NCBI GenBank assembly: GCA_030704615.1
Contig: CM060733.1
Coordinates: 15,562,001 to 15,626,000, forward strand
Length of the DNA: 64,000 bases
Source: Takakia lepidozioides
Lineage: Eukaryota; Plantae; Bryophyta
Reading direction: 5' to 3'
The position numbers and the translations under genes were made by a program. Below the pieces are notes generated by a model, which saw nothing but the letters and a program-made list of their open reading frames with translations, made no database searches and had not been told where the DNA came from. This document shows, in pieces, positions 1 to 14,274 of this stretch. Within the stretch, counting starts at the first letter, position 1, and each line of letters starts with the position of its first letter.

Positions 1-1916
1 GCTTCTTATAGTTCTAGCTCGGCTAAAGCAATCACTAAGACTTGCCTTTTAGACCTACTTTTACTATATATATTAAGTAGTCCCATAGTGGACTTAAGAG
101 ACAAAAGCCTCTCTAAATAGAGAGTTACTTTTAATGTCTCTAACTTTATCACAAGTCTTGGTCGTAACCACTGCCGTGTGCTATAGCATTCATTCTAGTA
201 CCATTGGTGTGATGTTTTCATGGAATCCAATGGCCCCCTTTTTTGTTCTTTGCTAGGCCATGTGAGTGGGTGTGTGATTGTGCCTCCACTATGGCTTCTT
301 GAGGGTTTTTTGTTTTTTCCCTCCTTATCAGAAATAAATTGAAATTTATTCCCCAAAAAAAGAGAAAAGTAGTGCCATACTCTCACATTACTATGCTTCA
401 TTATCAAGAATATCAATTTTGGTGCACTCAACATTATTTCCGGCAACATTGTTTCAATTAGTGCCTTGAGCCAAACTTACGCAATAATGACATGGTTTCT
501 GCAACATCAGTGTGATGTTTTAAGTAGCAGAGTTGTGCACAAGTGATATCCAAACACAATTCTGAAAATATAACTTGGTTGTTATCTCAAAGGATGTCAT
601 TTTGCTATAAATTAACAGATTACAAAAAAGAATAGCTTTGCATATAGGCATGTACCTCAGCCATGGACATCTAGTTCTAGTCAATTAATACTTTGGAAAG
701 CCCAATAAATGACAGAGATTGTGGTGCATGGTCTAGCATTTCACTTTACTCAAACTGTGGATACAACCCCACCCAGTTCAGCATCCAGTTCAGCTCTCAA
801 TACAGGTGCCATTGGCAGTAATGAAGAGTGGTGCTGACGTCCTAACTTGATAACGTTGGTGGAGCTTAATTCACATCATATGGTCATACTAGTCACTTCG
901 AGAAATTGGGTTATCCACTCATACAAATGTACTGACAAATCATGTATTCATAAGTTTTTCTTACATCTTTCTGGAATGGTGACAGGAAAACTAAGCCAAG
1001 ACTCTCAGTTATTACCAGTATAAAAAGAGGATGCAGTGATTCTGAGCAGCTAATCCATCCAAGAACATGACAATTGAGGATGGAAGAAAGGAAAAACAAG
1101 ACCTCTTTTTTCACAACCAAAAGCTCCCCACTTTGACTTCATTTTATTGTCCAGACCATCAAAGATAATTTCCCAAAAGCCCAATTGTTATGCGCATACC
1201 TTTGAGAGATAATTAATGTTTTTATAGAGACCCTTATATGTGAGGGAGGGCCTACTACACAGTGGATTTGAATTTCTAACCCATATACTAACTACAAGAA
1301 AAAAACAGTTTTAAGATTCAAACAGATTTTCATATTGCCGTGTTTTTTGTGGGTTTTTTTTTTTTTTGAAGATGAAGCCAGGCTTGTTAGTATTGTGAAA
1401 TATCATCATTGTGGATGTAAACTAAATATCAAGCTCATACTAGCACAGCTATAGACTTCTCTCATTTAGGTTTAATTTAGTACAACCTACCAGCAATAAA
1501 ATATATTTATATCAGTTCTCTTTTACTTTGGTTTATTGAGCAAAGGTGTACTCACAAATCTAATGTTACACAGAAAATTCCAGACAATTTGTATGAAACT
1601 CCACACATACTGAGTTCAAAGCTCCAAATGCCACTGGAAGATATGTCAAAAGAATATATGACAAAATCTGTTTAATAACATCACTTAGTTCTCGAAAGTC
1701 GCAAAAAACTGTTGCGTGGACTTGTCTTTGACCACCACAGTGACTCTTTAGACTATAGACTATGACATCTATAGACTAACTTTGACATTGGGTTTGGCTA
1801 CTATCCTCTGGACAGGCCCACTTGAAATCAAGTGGAAACCTAACCGAAAGCTCAACCCAACTCAGCACCTTTTAACATCTAAGAGAAACCTTTTCGCATC
1901 TGAGAGGAAAAGCATG

Positions 1917-4900
1917 TCAGATAAGAGGCACATATCGCACACCCATTTCTTTAGTCTTCACCACCGAGCCATCCAATAATTTGTCAACAATCATCAAGTC
2001 CTGCAATCATCCATCAAACTGACGTTTGGTTAAGCCTGAAATCAAAAGAAGAGGAGTTTCTCTAAAGGATTGTAGGTGATTTAATGGTATTGGGCTACAA
2101 TTTAAGAATTAGATATGGCTAGTGCTTTGATGAAAGTGACAAAGAAAGAAATGAGGGTGATTTTTCATCACACAAATGTGTTTGTCACCACAAAATCCTT
2201 TCCCATTGAGATGGGCAAAGTCCCCTTTCATTTTATTACTCTTAACTTCCCTTACAACAAGTCATGTAGCAATATGGCAGAATTACAATCAGAACCACCA
2301 TGGGGAGAAAGTAAATGACTTGAAAGATATCCTTGAGGTGAGGGAAGGATAATCCACCTGTGCCATGGTTCCAACCGGGATCACCATGCGGCCACCAGGT
2401 TTAAGCTGATGCACTAGCGCCTCGGGCAATTCTGTTACATCCATCCCAACCCGTCATTTATAAATGTTTATATTGAGATCCACATTCTACAAATAACGAT
2501 TACATCACATGACTTGAGATACAGTGACCACAATTTTGAAGGATAGGTTCAAATGCTCCCACCTGCTGCAGCAGCTCCCACATGGATCGCATTATAGGGT
2601 GCCCCTCCAGGAAAACCTTTCTTGCCATCCGTATCTGCACATAAGTGTGTGCCATTTACTCTCCTGATCTGACTGCCTATAGTAAATTAAGAAAAAGCCC
2701 TAAAACCTAGAATGCTTGTTCCCAATAACAATGGATATGGTAGCATTGTGGGCCAAACTCCTGAATGCTTAATACTAAGACACATTCCTACAAGCAAGGG
2801 TGGTACTCTCACAATAACAGTAGATATTATAGCAATCATGCCAAAGAACCACAGGACACATCTGATTTTCCTTAGGTCATAATCCTCATAGTGTGAATTA
2901 CAGTACACATAGAACTTGAGAGTCTAAAAGATCAAAGGGTATGAGTGAGAGAGAAAGAATAGATGAGTACAGTGAACATCAAGACGGCCTGTGTTAAGGA
3001 GGAATCCAGCGGGTGTTTGTTTGATTGCGTTCAATGACCTGTCCACAAGCTGTGGAATGTGCTCTACCCCTACGGTCCTTCCTGTCTCCCCTACCTGCAA
3101 AAAGAGGGCAGTCCCAAGAAATCGGAACCATAAACTGTTTTCAATAGCCCATCCTCCATAAGATTACTTGAAAGCCAACATAAAACTCCTTTAGTGTATC
3201 AGAATACTTGACTGTAAAGCTTTGATTCTTTCAAAACTTCTACTTCAATCTTCAACCCTAATTTCAAGATGTATCCTTGACATCTTGGAATCATAGCAAT
3301 TCATGCGACAGCATCCCAAGTCAATTTCTAAGAGAAGACATTTCAATTCTACATATCTGCAAACCAAAACTGTCCACCTCTGGCTTCTACTGTCTCTCAA
3401 TTTTCTTTCTAACTCGATCGCAAAGGCATCAAAGTGACAAGCAGAAATGAAAAGGAAGACCCAAAAAAAGGTATAGGAGACAAACCATGAGACCAAACAC
3501 AGCTGTCAAGTAGCCAGAGCCAGAGCCCACATCCAGGACATGCATGCCTGGCTTCAAGTGGTCCGCCAGCAATGATAAACAATACCCATGCTGTCCCCAT
3601 AACATATCAAGGTAATCTCAGTACATAGTAAGCTAAAGTGGCCCTCACCAAAAGGGCTAGCAAGAGGAGGTGGATGGTTGTATATATCTAACTATACCTT
3701 CTATCTTTTCCTCATCTCTTGGCTTGAATTTCAAAAAATTCTAACTTGGTTTTGCATTGTGAGATCGGTGTCCATGCCAGATTCACTTCAAAGGGGTTAC
3801 TAATAGTGCTAAAAGTGCTAAAAGTACTTGTATTCTGAATCTCAGAAAAACTGCCTAAACTGGAGTGACCATCACTCCAATTAATTCTGGACTCAAGAAA
3901 TTCTTACCATGTGGGGAGCTGAGATTGTAGCTCCATATCCTGCAAAAATCCCGCCATCCACCATAGCCCTTGTTACCATACTGCCTTGTCGTAACACACA
4001 CCATGTGCACAGACACAGAGATAGAGATATGACAGTACGTGCACAAGCAATATGGTTAGGGATTGAGACAAAAGACCAATCCTTTGAAGTATTTAACTAC
4101 TGTAAATTGATCATTTTCTGTAACAAAAGAGCAGAAATGCCCTTTGAAAGAGTCTACAAAGTGACCACAAACACCCCTCCAGTTTCAGTCCTTCGCATGC
4201 ATGTGGGGAGAGAACTAAAAGGCACCAGGTGTAAAATTGTCTAGTGCAGTTTCTAGTTATCATTTCATAGATAATAATATTACATAGAGTTAAAGAATAT
4301 CAAGAATTCAACTATGGTCCAACTGTGCAATATGCAAAACAGCCAAAGTCCGTCCTTTGGAAAGGAAATCCCAATAATTTAGATCGCCTGTCCATCTCTG
4401 TAGCCATTGTGACATTATTATATCAGCATATCCTTGTCCCTCATGGATGAGCACTAAGAATTGGGCTTCTTGTGCCCAATGAGAATAATTTAGTTATTGG
4501 TGACTCTCCTGCCTTTGAGATATGATCATTGTGGCAGTATTCTATGTCCCTTAGAGATTGAGAAGAAAAGTTGAGCTCCTTGGTGACCTACGAGATATCA
4601 AGAGGCCCCATAATCCAGTTGCTGGTAATTTTCCCTGCCCTAGCAGATGGAGGCCCACTACTCTGGGATGTTAGTGATGTAATGGGACTACTGGTGAATT
4701 TTCATGCATTGCACTCATCTATTGCACACTACAAGTAGTATGTCAGTTCCATACTACCAGAAATATGGAGCTGCCACTGCGCGTCTCCATCTCACTCATA
4801 TCGGCAAAGAGCAGTGTAGCTGCATGCAGAGAGGTAGAGAGAGAGACGCTGATGACTCTGGGGCATCGTCGGCTGGCAAGCCACCTATAAGTCTGAGTGC

Positions 4901-5125
4901 AGTGTAGCAATGGAGCTAGTAAGAGCAAGAGAGAGACCTATGACTTGCGGAGCATCGTCGTATGGCAGGCCACCTATAGGCACAAACAGCTTCCGGTCCA
5001 CTTTAGACATCGCTGAAGCAGCCTCTGGGGAGGTAACAATGCCATGCTCTGCAATTAAGCCCACCAAACTTTTTGAGTCTCTTTGCCCATGCCCACAAGT
5101 ATTTTGCTCCCCAAAAAGTACCCCC
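1917..5125 (-). CDS. PIMT: Protein-L-isoaspartate O-methyltransferase, multi-exon
   Basis: GT-AG exons read by hand: ~5125-4938 ([39 protein letters not shown]), 3939-3908 ([10 protein letters not shown]), 3590-3486 ([38 protein letters not shown] motif), 3094-2971 ([17 protein letters not shown]), 2634-2563 ([21 protein letters not shown]), 2431-2358 ([20 protein letters not shown]), 2000-1917 (DLMIVDK..VRYVPLI*). Phases are consistent. The start codon is uncertain: ATG at 5090 would need one extra A in a homopolymer, otherwise there is an upstream exon. Confidence 0.9.
4831..4891 (-). repeat. Degenerate intronic duplicate of the 3' end and donor region of the first PIMT exon
   Basis: gagagacgctgatgactctggggcatcgtcggctggcaagccacctata resembles gagagacctatgacttgcggagcatcgtcgtatggcaggccacctata (4931-4978). 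Confidence 0.65.
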
Positions 5126-7515
5126 TAGTCACCCACAGCAAAAACAAGACACATGACTCTGTGGATACGCATTCACCAGGTACAAACTCCATGCTGCTCT
5201 GCGGGTACACCCAATGTTCTCATGGCTTTGCTTATAAGTATTTCCCTTCCAAATATGGTAGCGCCATCTCAGCTTGGACCCCCTCATTTGAAGCAGTTAC
5301 GCATAGTGAAAACAAGGCCCGATACGCAAGCCTGGTTGAATTCCTCCTTCGCTCGAGTTATTTTAATGTACATGACAACTGACTTGTCACACGATATGCC
5401 AATACCCAAGACTGATTATGGGTCTGAAAATCTCACATCCTGGTGATAGGAGAAATTCTGGTGCATTCCAGGCTTTACAGTTGAAGTCTTGAGGATGCAC
5501 TTTATTGCCAGGCTTAGATACGACATAATCAACATACACTTACATAAGCAAGTCGCATCCTGGTCTAATGTAAGAAGATCGCATTCTAGTGCACTCCCTT
5601 TGTGCACAAAACTGTGCAGTATAATGCTAGGCTCACAGACCAAGATCAACACATCATACGTACAAGGAAAGGCACTCGCTCTGAAAATCTAGGCACGTTC
5701 ATTACTCTGCAGAGTGCATTGTAAGATCAACACATGATACGCACCAAGGAAAGGCAGTCACTCTGCAAATAGAGGTAAGTTCGTTGGACTGTGAGACTGA
5801 GTGACAAAGAAATAACACTACCATACGAACAAGAAGCACTCACTCTGCAAATTAGAGACTAGTTCGGTGTAGTTCTGGCCATGGCATCTCCAGGCCGTCT
5901 CATCCGCAGGACGAGACGGGCACCGCAAGTCAAATGGCTTCCCTATTGTGACTGACTGTGGCACACCCCTTACAGATAGAGGAGCGCGCAAGAGCCGAGC
6001 ACAACACGATGAGAGAGAGAGAAAAACACAACGTTCGAAAGGCCTCGAGAAGGACCACGAGAGCGCACAACACAGACTTTAAGAGTTCGAAAGAGAACGT
6101 GAAAGCTGCAGTAGATAGTGGGCAGTGGGTAAGGAAAGCTGAAGAGAAGGAGACACAGATCACAAGCTTCCACTGTGAGCTATATAAGGTCTACCTCCCA
6201 GAATGTGCTACTGACAAACGTTTAAAATGTGCAATTTTGTAAAGACAAATCTGTCAATGACCTCGCCCGACGCCCCTACAGACAGATACAAAATTGATAC
6301 TAGCATGATGATATATATTGATTCGTCTCTGATGCATTTGATGCCTCCTCCCCATACCGCGCTTGCATGTCAACTTCCAACCTATCATCGATCCACACGT
6401 GGACCCACGTGGCCTGCCCCCTCGTGCCATGGACCTCCAAACAGTCGGCAAACATGTTGACATGGGTGAACGCCATCGACTCTGCCCAAAGATTCCTCTC
6501 TCACTCCTCCATGATCCATCCCTCATGCAACCCCACAACATGATCTTTCATGATGCTGATGGGCATGCGTGCAAGCTCAAGATATACACTGTCAGACAGG
6601 CTGGTTCGTGTCTCCAAATTGGTTCGTGGCTCAACGACAGGCCCGGGTAAGTAAATCAGGCTGCCTCCTCCGCACTCTTCGAGGCCATCTTTCATCACAT
6701 CAATACTGTAGCATCTCGATTGACAGGTTGCCAGTTGCCGCCCACCCTCCTCTACCTCCGCCTGATCTTTTGGCGAGGAAAAGGAATACTTCACCACTCG
6801 GCATTGTGCACTATGCACTGTGCAAGGTGCGGATTTGAACGAAGGATCTCATGTGTTGTGTGGCCAATGATTGTACTCCAATGTGAGTCACTAGTCACGA
6901 GTCACAACCAAGTGGGACACTGATCAGCAATTTGTATTATATCACATGCCCTCTCTCTCTCTCTCTCTCCTCCGCTATCATCGTCATCGCCTCCATCAAC
7001 GCACCGATTCAATGTCGAGAAGGACGCCCTTGCCCTGTCATGTGTCAAATCTCTTCTCTACTATTGTTGGGATGTTGTGCCCGTCTTGCCCTCCATCAGG
7101 GCCCTGCTTCTCCTCCCTCTCTCTCTCTCCCTCTCATTCACAGCCAAGTCTCTTAGTTGATTATTTTTTTGTTTCCCCTTGACAAAAATTAAAGGGGCAC
7201 CGCCCTTTTTGGAAAACAAAATTACAGCAATTGGCAACAAACCGTGATAAGATCATGCACTAAATGTTTATGCCCAACTATTTTGTGTAGACTTCATAAC
7301 TTAATTGATATAAAACAGTAGCCAAACTGGGCACCTATGGTTTCCTCGACTCTAAGTAATTGAGAGCGGAAAGCAATTTGAACCCCTATAACCCAATGTG
7401 TCATTCATCAAACTGCAATATTTTATTTTATTTTATAGTTAATTAAAGGGAAACAGCCAACCGCTCGCAAAACAAACTGCAATCATATGTGATCATCGTT
7501 CGAATCTCCTCAAAT

Positions 7516-7776
7516 CAGCGTTTTTTTTACTGGCGAATTTTCGCCAGATTTGGACCTCAAAAAATAAAATGGAATATTCTGTTGCAAATCCCCTGAAATC
7601 GCCAAATTTCTCCATATTAAAAATAAACTAGGGATGAAATCGCCAAATATGGATGATATAAATGGATTATGGTACAGAGGTGGATGAATTTTGGTGGATA
7701 AAGAGAATGTACCGCTATTTTCTGCAAAACTCTGTGGTCACTCGTGCTGTTTTCCAAATTTCTTAAGAAAACACTG
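7516..7776. mobile_element. hAT-type MITE, copy 1
   Basis: Ends cagcgtttttt...aagaaaacactg. 8-bp TSD cctcaaat/cctcaagt. Internally homologous to 29213-29472. Confidence 0.8.
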
Positions 7777-8772
7777 CCTCAAGTATAAAAACTAGCATAA
7801 AAAAAGAGAAAGACCACCATTACAGTGTCACTGCCAGTGTGGCCCTTTCCCTCACCAATTTTTTTTGTCTTGGCATTATATAGCAGCCACGAGGCGAAGT
7901 GGCTCTTAGTTACGCCGGCTTTGGCCGGGGTCTTCTTCTTCGTCTATGGGGGGACTCAAGCGGATCTTATCCACATAAGGTTCGGTCGGAGTCTTCCGTC
8001 GGAGTCTTCTCTCTCTATGTAAATAAAAGGGGATTTCAGTAGGTGGCGAGCCGGTTGGATAGTGCCACCTGGTGATCCTGGGCTCAAATCCTGTTACCAG
8101 ATATAACCTTTTTCCGTTCAGAGACGTGGTTACTTGGAAAGAGCCTCCCACTGTTGGATTCTCTTTAAGAAAAAAAACATTTGGTGGATTTGAAGCAAGT
8201 TCCTTACTTCCCTTATCCTTCCTTCCCTGGGAAAGATGTCAGTTTTTCCGCTCACCGTTGGAATTTGTTTTCTTTTATTGGATTTCAAGTGAGTCGGTTG
8301 CTTCGTTCGGCCAGCTTCCCTTACTATAAAAACAAGTCCATATACAATAGATTATATGTGAAGTTAATTAGCGCCGTCGCAGGGCAGGGACGGGACGGCG
8401 TGAGCATCGGCGTGGGAGGGGGGGAGGGAGACAGGGAGAGGGAGAGAGAGGGAGGGCAGGGCAGAGGGCGCGCACGACGGCTGCATCACTGCATGACGCC
8501 AGTGAGGATGGCGGATCGCTTGGTTTCTTGTGCAGGTCGCTTGTCGTTTTGTGAGGCCCATGATCTTTGGCCGCCCGACTCCAGAGAGAGGGCTGGCGGC
8601 TACATGCCTCTAAAAAGACAAACCCAGAGAGGAAGCCGGGGATGAAGCTGGGGATGTGTAATTTCTGCGCATTGACTTTGACGATATGCAATAACACGAT
8701 TGGATTAAGATGAATATATAAAAGCTGCGTGGCGGCTAGAGCCTAGAGACTTTCAACATTCCAATTCCAGAT

Positions 8773-8917
8773 GGACTCTGGAGGGGGATCTTATATCATT
8801 TGAAAGTGGTAGTTGCAGTGGGGGACTTAGATATCGCTAAGTTTGTTGGACTCTGGAGGGGGATCTTATATCATTTGAAAGTGGTAGTTGCAGTCGGGGA
8901 CTTAGATATAGTTTGTT
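8773..8917 (+). repeat. Tandem direct repeat, 2 x ~75 bp
   Basis: ggactctggagggggatcttatatcatttgaaagtggtagttgcagt...gtttgtt occurs twice head-to-tail. Confidence 0.9.
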
Positions 8918-11900
8918 CGTCAGCAGAGCAAACAGTGTTTGTATATTCGGAGATACAGCTTTGAAAATTCTTCAGTATCTTGCGGAGAGATAAAATGCGA
9001 AGGCACATGACATGCGGCTGGATCTTTCAAATGTAATTAAAATATATGTCAACTTGGAATCTGGGGAGAAGTTGCAAGCGAGGATGAAAGGTTCAGTCTC
9101 AATCCAGCCAAGTTGGCAACCTCTAAACGAAGCAAAAGTTCTCCAGCCACACGATGTAACCCCTGTCAACCACCAGAATTTAATGGTGCCACCAGATCAT
9201 CCAGTGCAAAGTAATGCAGATCATGGTGTGAAGACAATTGGAATGCTAATCTGTGTTTGATAATATGTACAAGTCTCATCAGGGTCGCCAGGAGTAGAGG
9301 CAGGCTGCTCACGGACTTCACGTGTGGTTGCCACTCCCCCAGTCTCAACCTTCACAAACGATATGTTATTTTGGGCGATGTACTTCAACTTACAATAATA
9401 ATCGCTAGCCACAGTGATTCTCCTCCCAGATTCATGAGCTGGTTCCTGTTGGCAATCAGTGTTCAAATTTATTTCGACCCAACTGCTAAAAACTTGTAAC
9501 GTTTTGAAGAAAACCTGCGCATGCGCTCAAAAGAAAGCTGCATGGCCAGGAGTGGGCTGATCACTTAGCCTTCACGTGCTCTCAATTCCGGGGACAGGTT
9601 GAGTCAAACTGTTTGAAATCCTGCAGATTGATGAGAATAGCACTGACCTCTGCATAACTAATTAACCCCTCTCAAAATAGGGAGAATGAAATTAGTTGGG
9701 AACAATGTCAGCTCAAGTCTGAGGATTATTGGCCACTCTTACCAATCTGTGGCCCCTCTGTCCATCCTGAAATGGAGAGACAAACATAGAAGGAATCCCT
9801 TGAGTGATGAACTCTGTTCCATATGCCTTGCAGGGGCCCCAAGATGGATGATACTAGTTTTATTATTATATATTACCAGCTGGCTAGTATATATAGGTAT
9901 ATACGTCCCATATACGTATAATGACCAGAAGGCGGTCCAAGCCTGTTCTCAAGGACATTGAACATGGATGCAAACAAGTCCCCATGGATAAAAGATGCGC
10001 TCAAAATCGCCTTGGCATCAAATGCAACATACCCGGAATAACAACACACAATGAAACACCGGCTTGTGCCGCCAAGGCATAACGCACTAACTGAGCACAC
10101 GCATATCTCTCTCGACAACCATCAACACACACATCCCGCACATTGACCCAATATTGCAAAACTAGTGCAATTGCACCGTCGCGCACATCGACCCAATATT
10201 GTAAAACTATTGCGAAGCAATTGCAGCAAGTTTTGAATATGAGCAAGGCAATGTGTATATAGTATTATGTAGTTATGTAGTGTGGGTGGGCGTCCCCCTA
10301 GTGTCCCCCATGTCTTTTCAAGTGCACAAAGCCAAGTTTAGGAATGCACAAGTTATGTGAAGGCTAAATCCGGGGGGGTTGCAAGTGGAGGCAACATGAT
10401 GTAAATAAACTAGGCTTGCTTCCAAAAACATCTAACATTATAGTAATGGGCCACCTTCTCACATGATGTGCATGAGCACAGCTAAGTGGGCTGTCAGCAA
10501 GTGAGGCTGCTTGTGAAGCTTCATGGGCTCTAGAAGCATCAAGGCATGGGGGGGCCAGGCTAAATATGGAAGTGTCAGTCCTTCTTTTCTCTTTTTTTTC
10601 CGGTCAGGGTTTTTCCCTAGCCAAATCTATTAATATAATCCACTAGTTGCTAGATGCTTTGGATGTCTTCCATTTGTTTCTAGGCTTCATCCGTGCTGAG
10701 GAGGTGTTGTTTGCCCCCTTCCTAGCAATCCACATATCGAACAAAATGCTCCTATGGAGTTAACTATGTCGAAGATCGCCAGTTTTACCTTCTCTGATAG
10801 AAGCAGGAAGCTGATGGCCATTTTTGTCAAGATGCGCAAAATAATTCCCCTTGGTAAGCAAAGGAGAAATTTTTAATGGGTACCTCATTGCCACAGCACT
10901 CGATTTTTGGACTGTTAACCCTCTTTTGGGATGTGGCCAAGCCCTAACCCTATTTTGTACCCCCCTAACGCTATGTTTAGTTTATCTTCTGGGTTCATCG
11001 TCAACGTTTTCAAAGGTTAGACTCACATGCTTGCCGATGCAAACATGAGCCTTGTTGGGAGCATGTAGCTGACTAGACGCAGGACCCACATACAACATGC
11101 GCTCAATTGGAAGCCTGATGAAATTGTTATGAATTGAAGTGGATCATGTCACTGTGTCTACTATCTGAAATAGCACCCAATCATCCTTCAATTCCATATC
11201 GACAATCCAGATTGAATTGTCGATAGTGATGACTTCAAGAGCTCCCCCCGCAACCCATCAAAAAAAAAGGAAAAAAAAGTGATAGAATCATATAATCAAC
11301 CCCGTGGTGTTGTGGTGGCTGATTCCCAAATCTAGCTTGAAGTTGATGGAGCTCCAGTGAAGCCCATTGCTCATAGGTTTCGAGCTGATTAGATACTGTG
11401 TAAGCGAAGATTCATTCCAACTTCTAAGGGCCGAGTGTCCCGGGACCAGGATATACTCCTTGGATGCAAGTACGCAAGGAGTATCAACACTGCACTGGAC
11501 TTGGTAATGTTATGGCCATGAGACATTTGTGGCAGTCGGATAAAATCTCTGGATAACTGTAATATGACGTGGTATGAGGAGAGGTGTCAGAAATGGTGTG
11601 CTCAACTGTAGATGGGATATTTCTAGAGCCTAACTTGCAAATACGTCGACATTCCAGTCAAGATTATCCTGAACAGTTGGACGTGAGGAAGAGAGAAGAG
11701 AGAAAAGCGTTGGTCTGGGTGGGGGAGATGCTGCTGCTCTAGTGCACCGGGATGCATCACCACCTGACAGGTAACCGCTGCTGTGTCTTCCAGATAAAGT
11801 GAGTGATCTGTGGACCGCTCTGTCGACACATTCTGTGAACGTGATGACAAAATGATCCTGGACACATTCTGTCTAAACACGGATAGTCAAAGGCAGCAAT

Positions 11901-12370
11901 GATGAAGGCGCTGTGTCCCCACTCATCTTGGTGGGAGAGCCGCATTCAAGACCCTTGAAGAGGATGGCCACACTGGGTAGCCGCTCCAGTTCCAGACGTG
12001 GTCCGTGGCTGGGTGTCGACACTCTCTGCCTCTGTCGGAGCCGTTTCCTGCACAGTAAGCGACAACTTGTCTAAATATCTGGGCGTGGGGTCTGACATGG
12101 TGGAGAATCTGTTTCAGGCACCTTCATTTATGGCGATGATGAAGAAGAAGAGAGAGGAGAAGGAAGGCAGGAGGGCGCATGCACGAGTAGGAATGCACTA
12201 TGAATGGCCTCCTGCACCACCCTTCGTGCACGGAGGAGCCGCCCCACGCCCACATGTTTTCTTTTATCTGTTTTCTTCTCTTCTCCAGAGCAAAACTCTG
12301 CAGGGAATTACACTGGGACCATTGTTAAATTTTAACCAGGGTTCAGGTATGATCTCTGATCAACTGCTTA

Positions 12371-13053
12371 CCGTCCCTGGACAACCGTTTAGGCATTTTG
12401 GCGCCTAATAGATAAATCAATGAATCTGAAAATTAGGCATGTTTTGAAAACAATCTCTCAAATTAGGCATCTTCATGCTATAATTTTTTAGAATTAGGCA
12501 CATGAGAAGAGAAAAAAATTATTTTTTTAAGAATACAATTACAAAATGGACACCCTCCAGCGACCTTTCATTTCCTTTGAAACCCTAAAAATGCCCCCTC
12601 TTTGTTGTAGGAGTCTCCAAGGCTCAAGCTGGTACAGGCAAGCTCTCCCTTCGCTCTCACACTTTAGGTGAGTTGAATATTGATAGTCCACACTAGTGTA
12701 GGCACGTTGGTACAGGGCTTTGATACATTGGTCATTGCGTAAGCTGGTTTTCATATTGCTATGCTGGTGCATGGTGAAACTTCTTACGTAATGGTACTCT
12801 TGAGTTGTGGTAGGCTGGTAGGCTAGTTATTTCCACACGCATATATTTGTATTGATTTTTGTTCAAAGAAATTTCGATCTTATTACAAACAACATGAGAA
12901 GAGGCTTGCAAGTTTTTGGGTGGAATTTTTGGGCATTAGGCACTTTGGTCCCATAATTTCCCAACAATTAGGCCAAAATCTGAAAAATTCACATAATTGA
13001 TTAGGCACTTTCATTTTGAAATAATTATCGCCTAAACGGTTGTCCAGGGACGG
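12371..13053. mobile_element. Non-autonomous TIR transposon (MITE), superfamily unclear
   Basis: Perfect 24-bp TIR ccgtccctggacaaccgtttaggc ... gcctaaacggttgtccagggacgg, with repeated subterminal (aa)ttaggca motifs. No clean TSD. Confidence 0.8.
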
Positions 13054-14200
13054 AACTTACAAAAACGGCAGTGGCCTTTCTAATTGTAGATTTGTTTTCT
13101 ATTTGAAGATGACCTGGACCTAACCCTGGTTAGAAGCACCAGGGGTACATATGCCTAGCTCTGGGAACCCAAAAATGGAATCTTGAACCACCCTATTTTC
13201 ATGTGGTTTTGAAAAGAATTTTGACCCCTCAGAATTAGCTTGGCTCTACTTCCTCTCCTTCTGGCAAGGGGGGATAATATATAATATTATGCAATGACAA
13301 TAATAGTAATATATATGACGCCTACCAAAGAAAGCGTAAATTATGGTGTCTCTTGATCTGAAGGGCTATGCTTCCAGTATTCCGGTGGACGCCTTTGTGA
13401 CACCAATCGGTGTATTGAACCCACAACCACTTTCGAGGTGGTATGTGCCCATTACCATGTGGTTGTCTACATAAAAACATAGCAGGAGGGATGTGAGAAC
13501 ATGAGAACGCAGTATGGTCATGCTTTAAAAAATAATAATAATAATAATGGAAACACTAGACCGCTCACAAATCAGGCCCCTTATTAGTTGTAGTGAGAAA
13601 TAACCTTTTTCACAGTAACCCCTCAGAATAGTGTCAACACGGAGTAGTACCATATAAAGGAATTAATATACATTACTTAATTTACAGGGAAAATAATGTA
13701 GGCCCATAGCCCATTCGCCACCAAAAGGAAAAAACAAAACATGCCGAAGCAGCGACTTCTGGTGTCAACCTCTATGGCACCCTTTCAGAGGTTATTTTTC
13801 CTTCTATGTTCACCTGGGACGTCTTTGTCCATGACACCTTTCTATAAAGTTTAAAAATAAAATAAAATTTAAAAAGAAAATAAAAATAAAAATGCTACCA
13901 CCAAACATTCCTTCAACTTGTGTAGTCCAAACCATTCACTAGTTTTCAGTGTTAGAGAGCAATGACACAGACTATGTAAGAATGGCTACAACTTATCAAA
14001 CCTGCAAGCAAACGTCACATCCTTTCTTTCCAATGTGCAGTTCAAAAGTGGTAGCCCTAAAATGGCCGCATTAACCTATCTTTAGCAGGAGCCATGACCA
14101 AGATGCCTTGACCTTTCTGAGGTCAAACCAAGCATGTAAAACAGATCTCAGCTTCTTCTTACCAGTTATATTTTGAAACCAACTCTTCACTAACAAGAAC

Positions 14201-14274
14201 GCCTGGGTGGTGTAGTTGGTTATCACGCTAATCTAACACACTAGAAGTTCCTGGTTTGAACCCGTGTTCATACA
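14201..14274 (+). pseudogene. tRNA-Val pseudogene (CAC-type body, anticodon mutated to AAC)
   Basis: About 10 substitutions relative to the copy at 15281, disrupting the acceptor, anticodon and T stems. B-box is GGTTTGAAC instead of GGTTCGAAC. Confidence 0.85.

Noticed and set aside
5251-5285. Plus-strand YGSAISA resembling PIMT YGATISA
   Set aside because: Short, on the opposite strand, with no flanking similarity; probably chance.
8181-8697. GC-rich overlapping ORFs
   Set aside because: Low-complexity GA/GC-rich sequence with no recognisable product.
11998-12408. ORF with AAA-ATPase-like snippet (DNLSKYLGVGSDMVENLFQ)
   Set aside because: Only about 20 residues are similar and there are no Walker motifs; at most a tiny relic.
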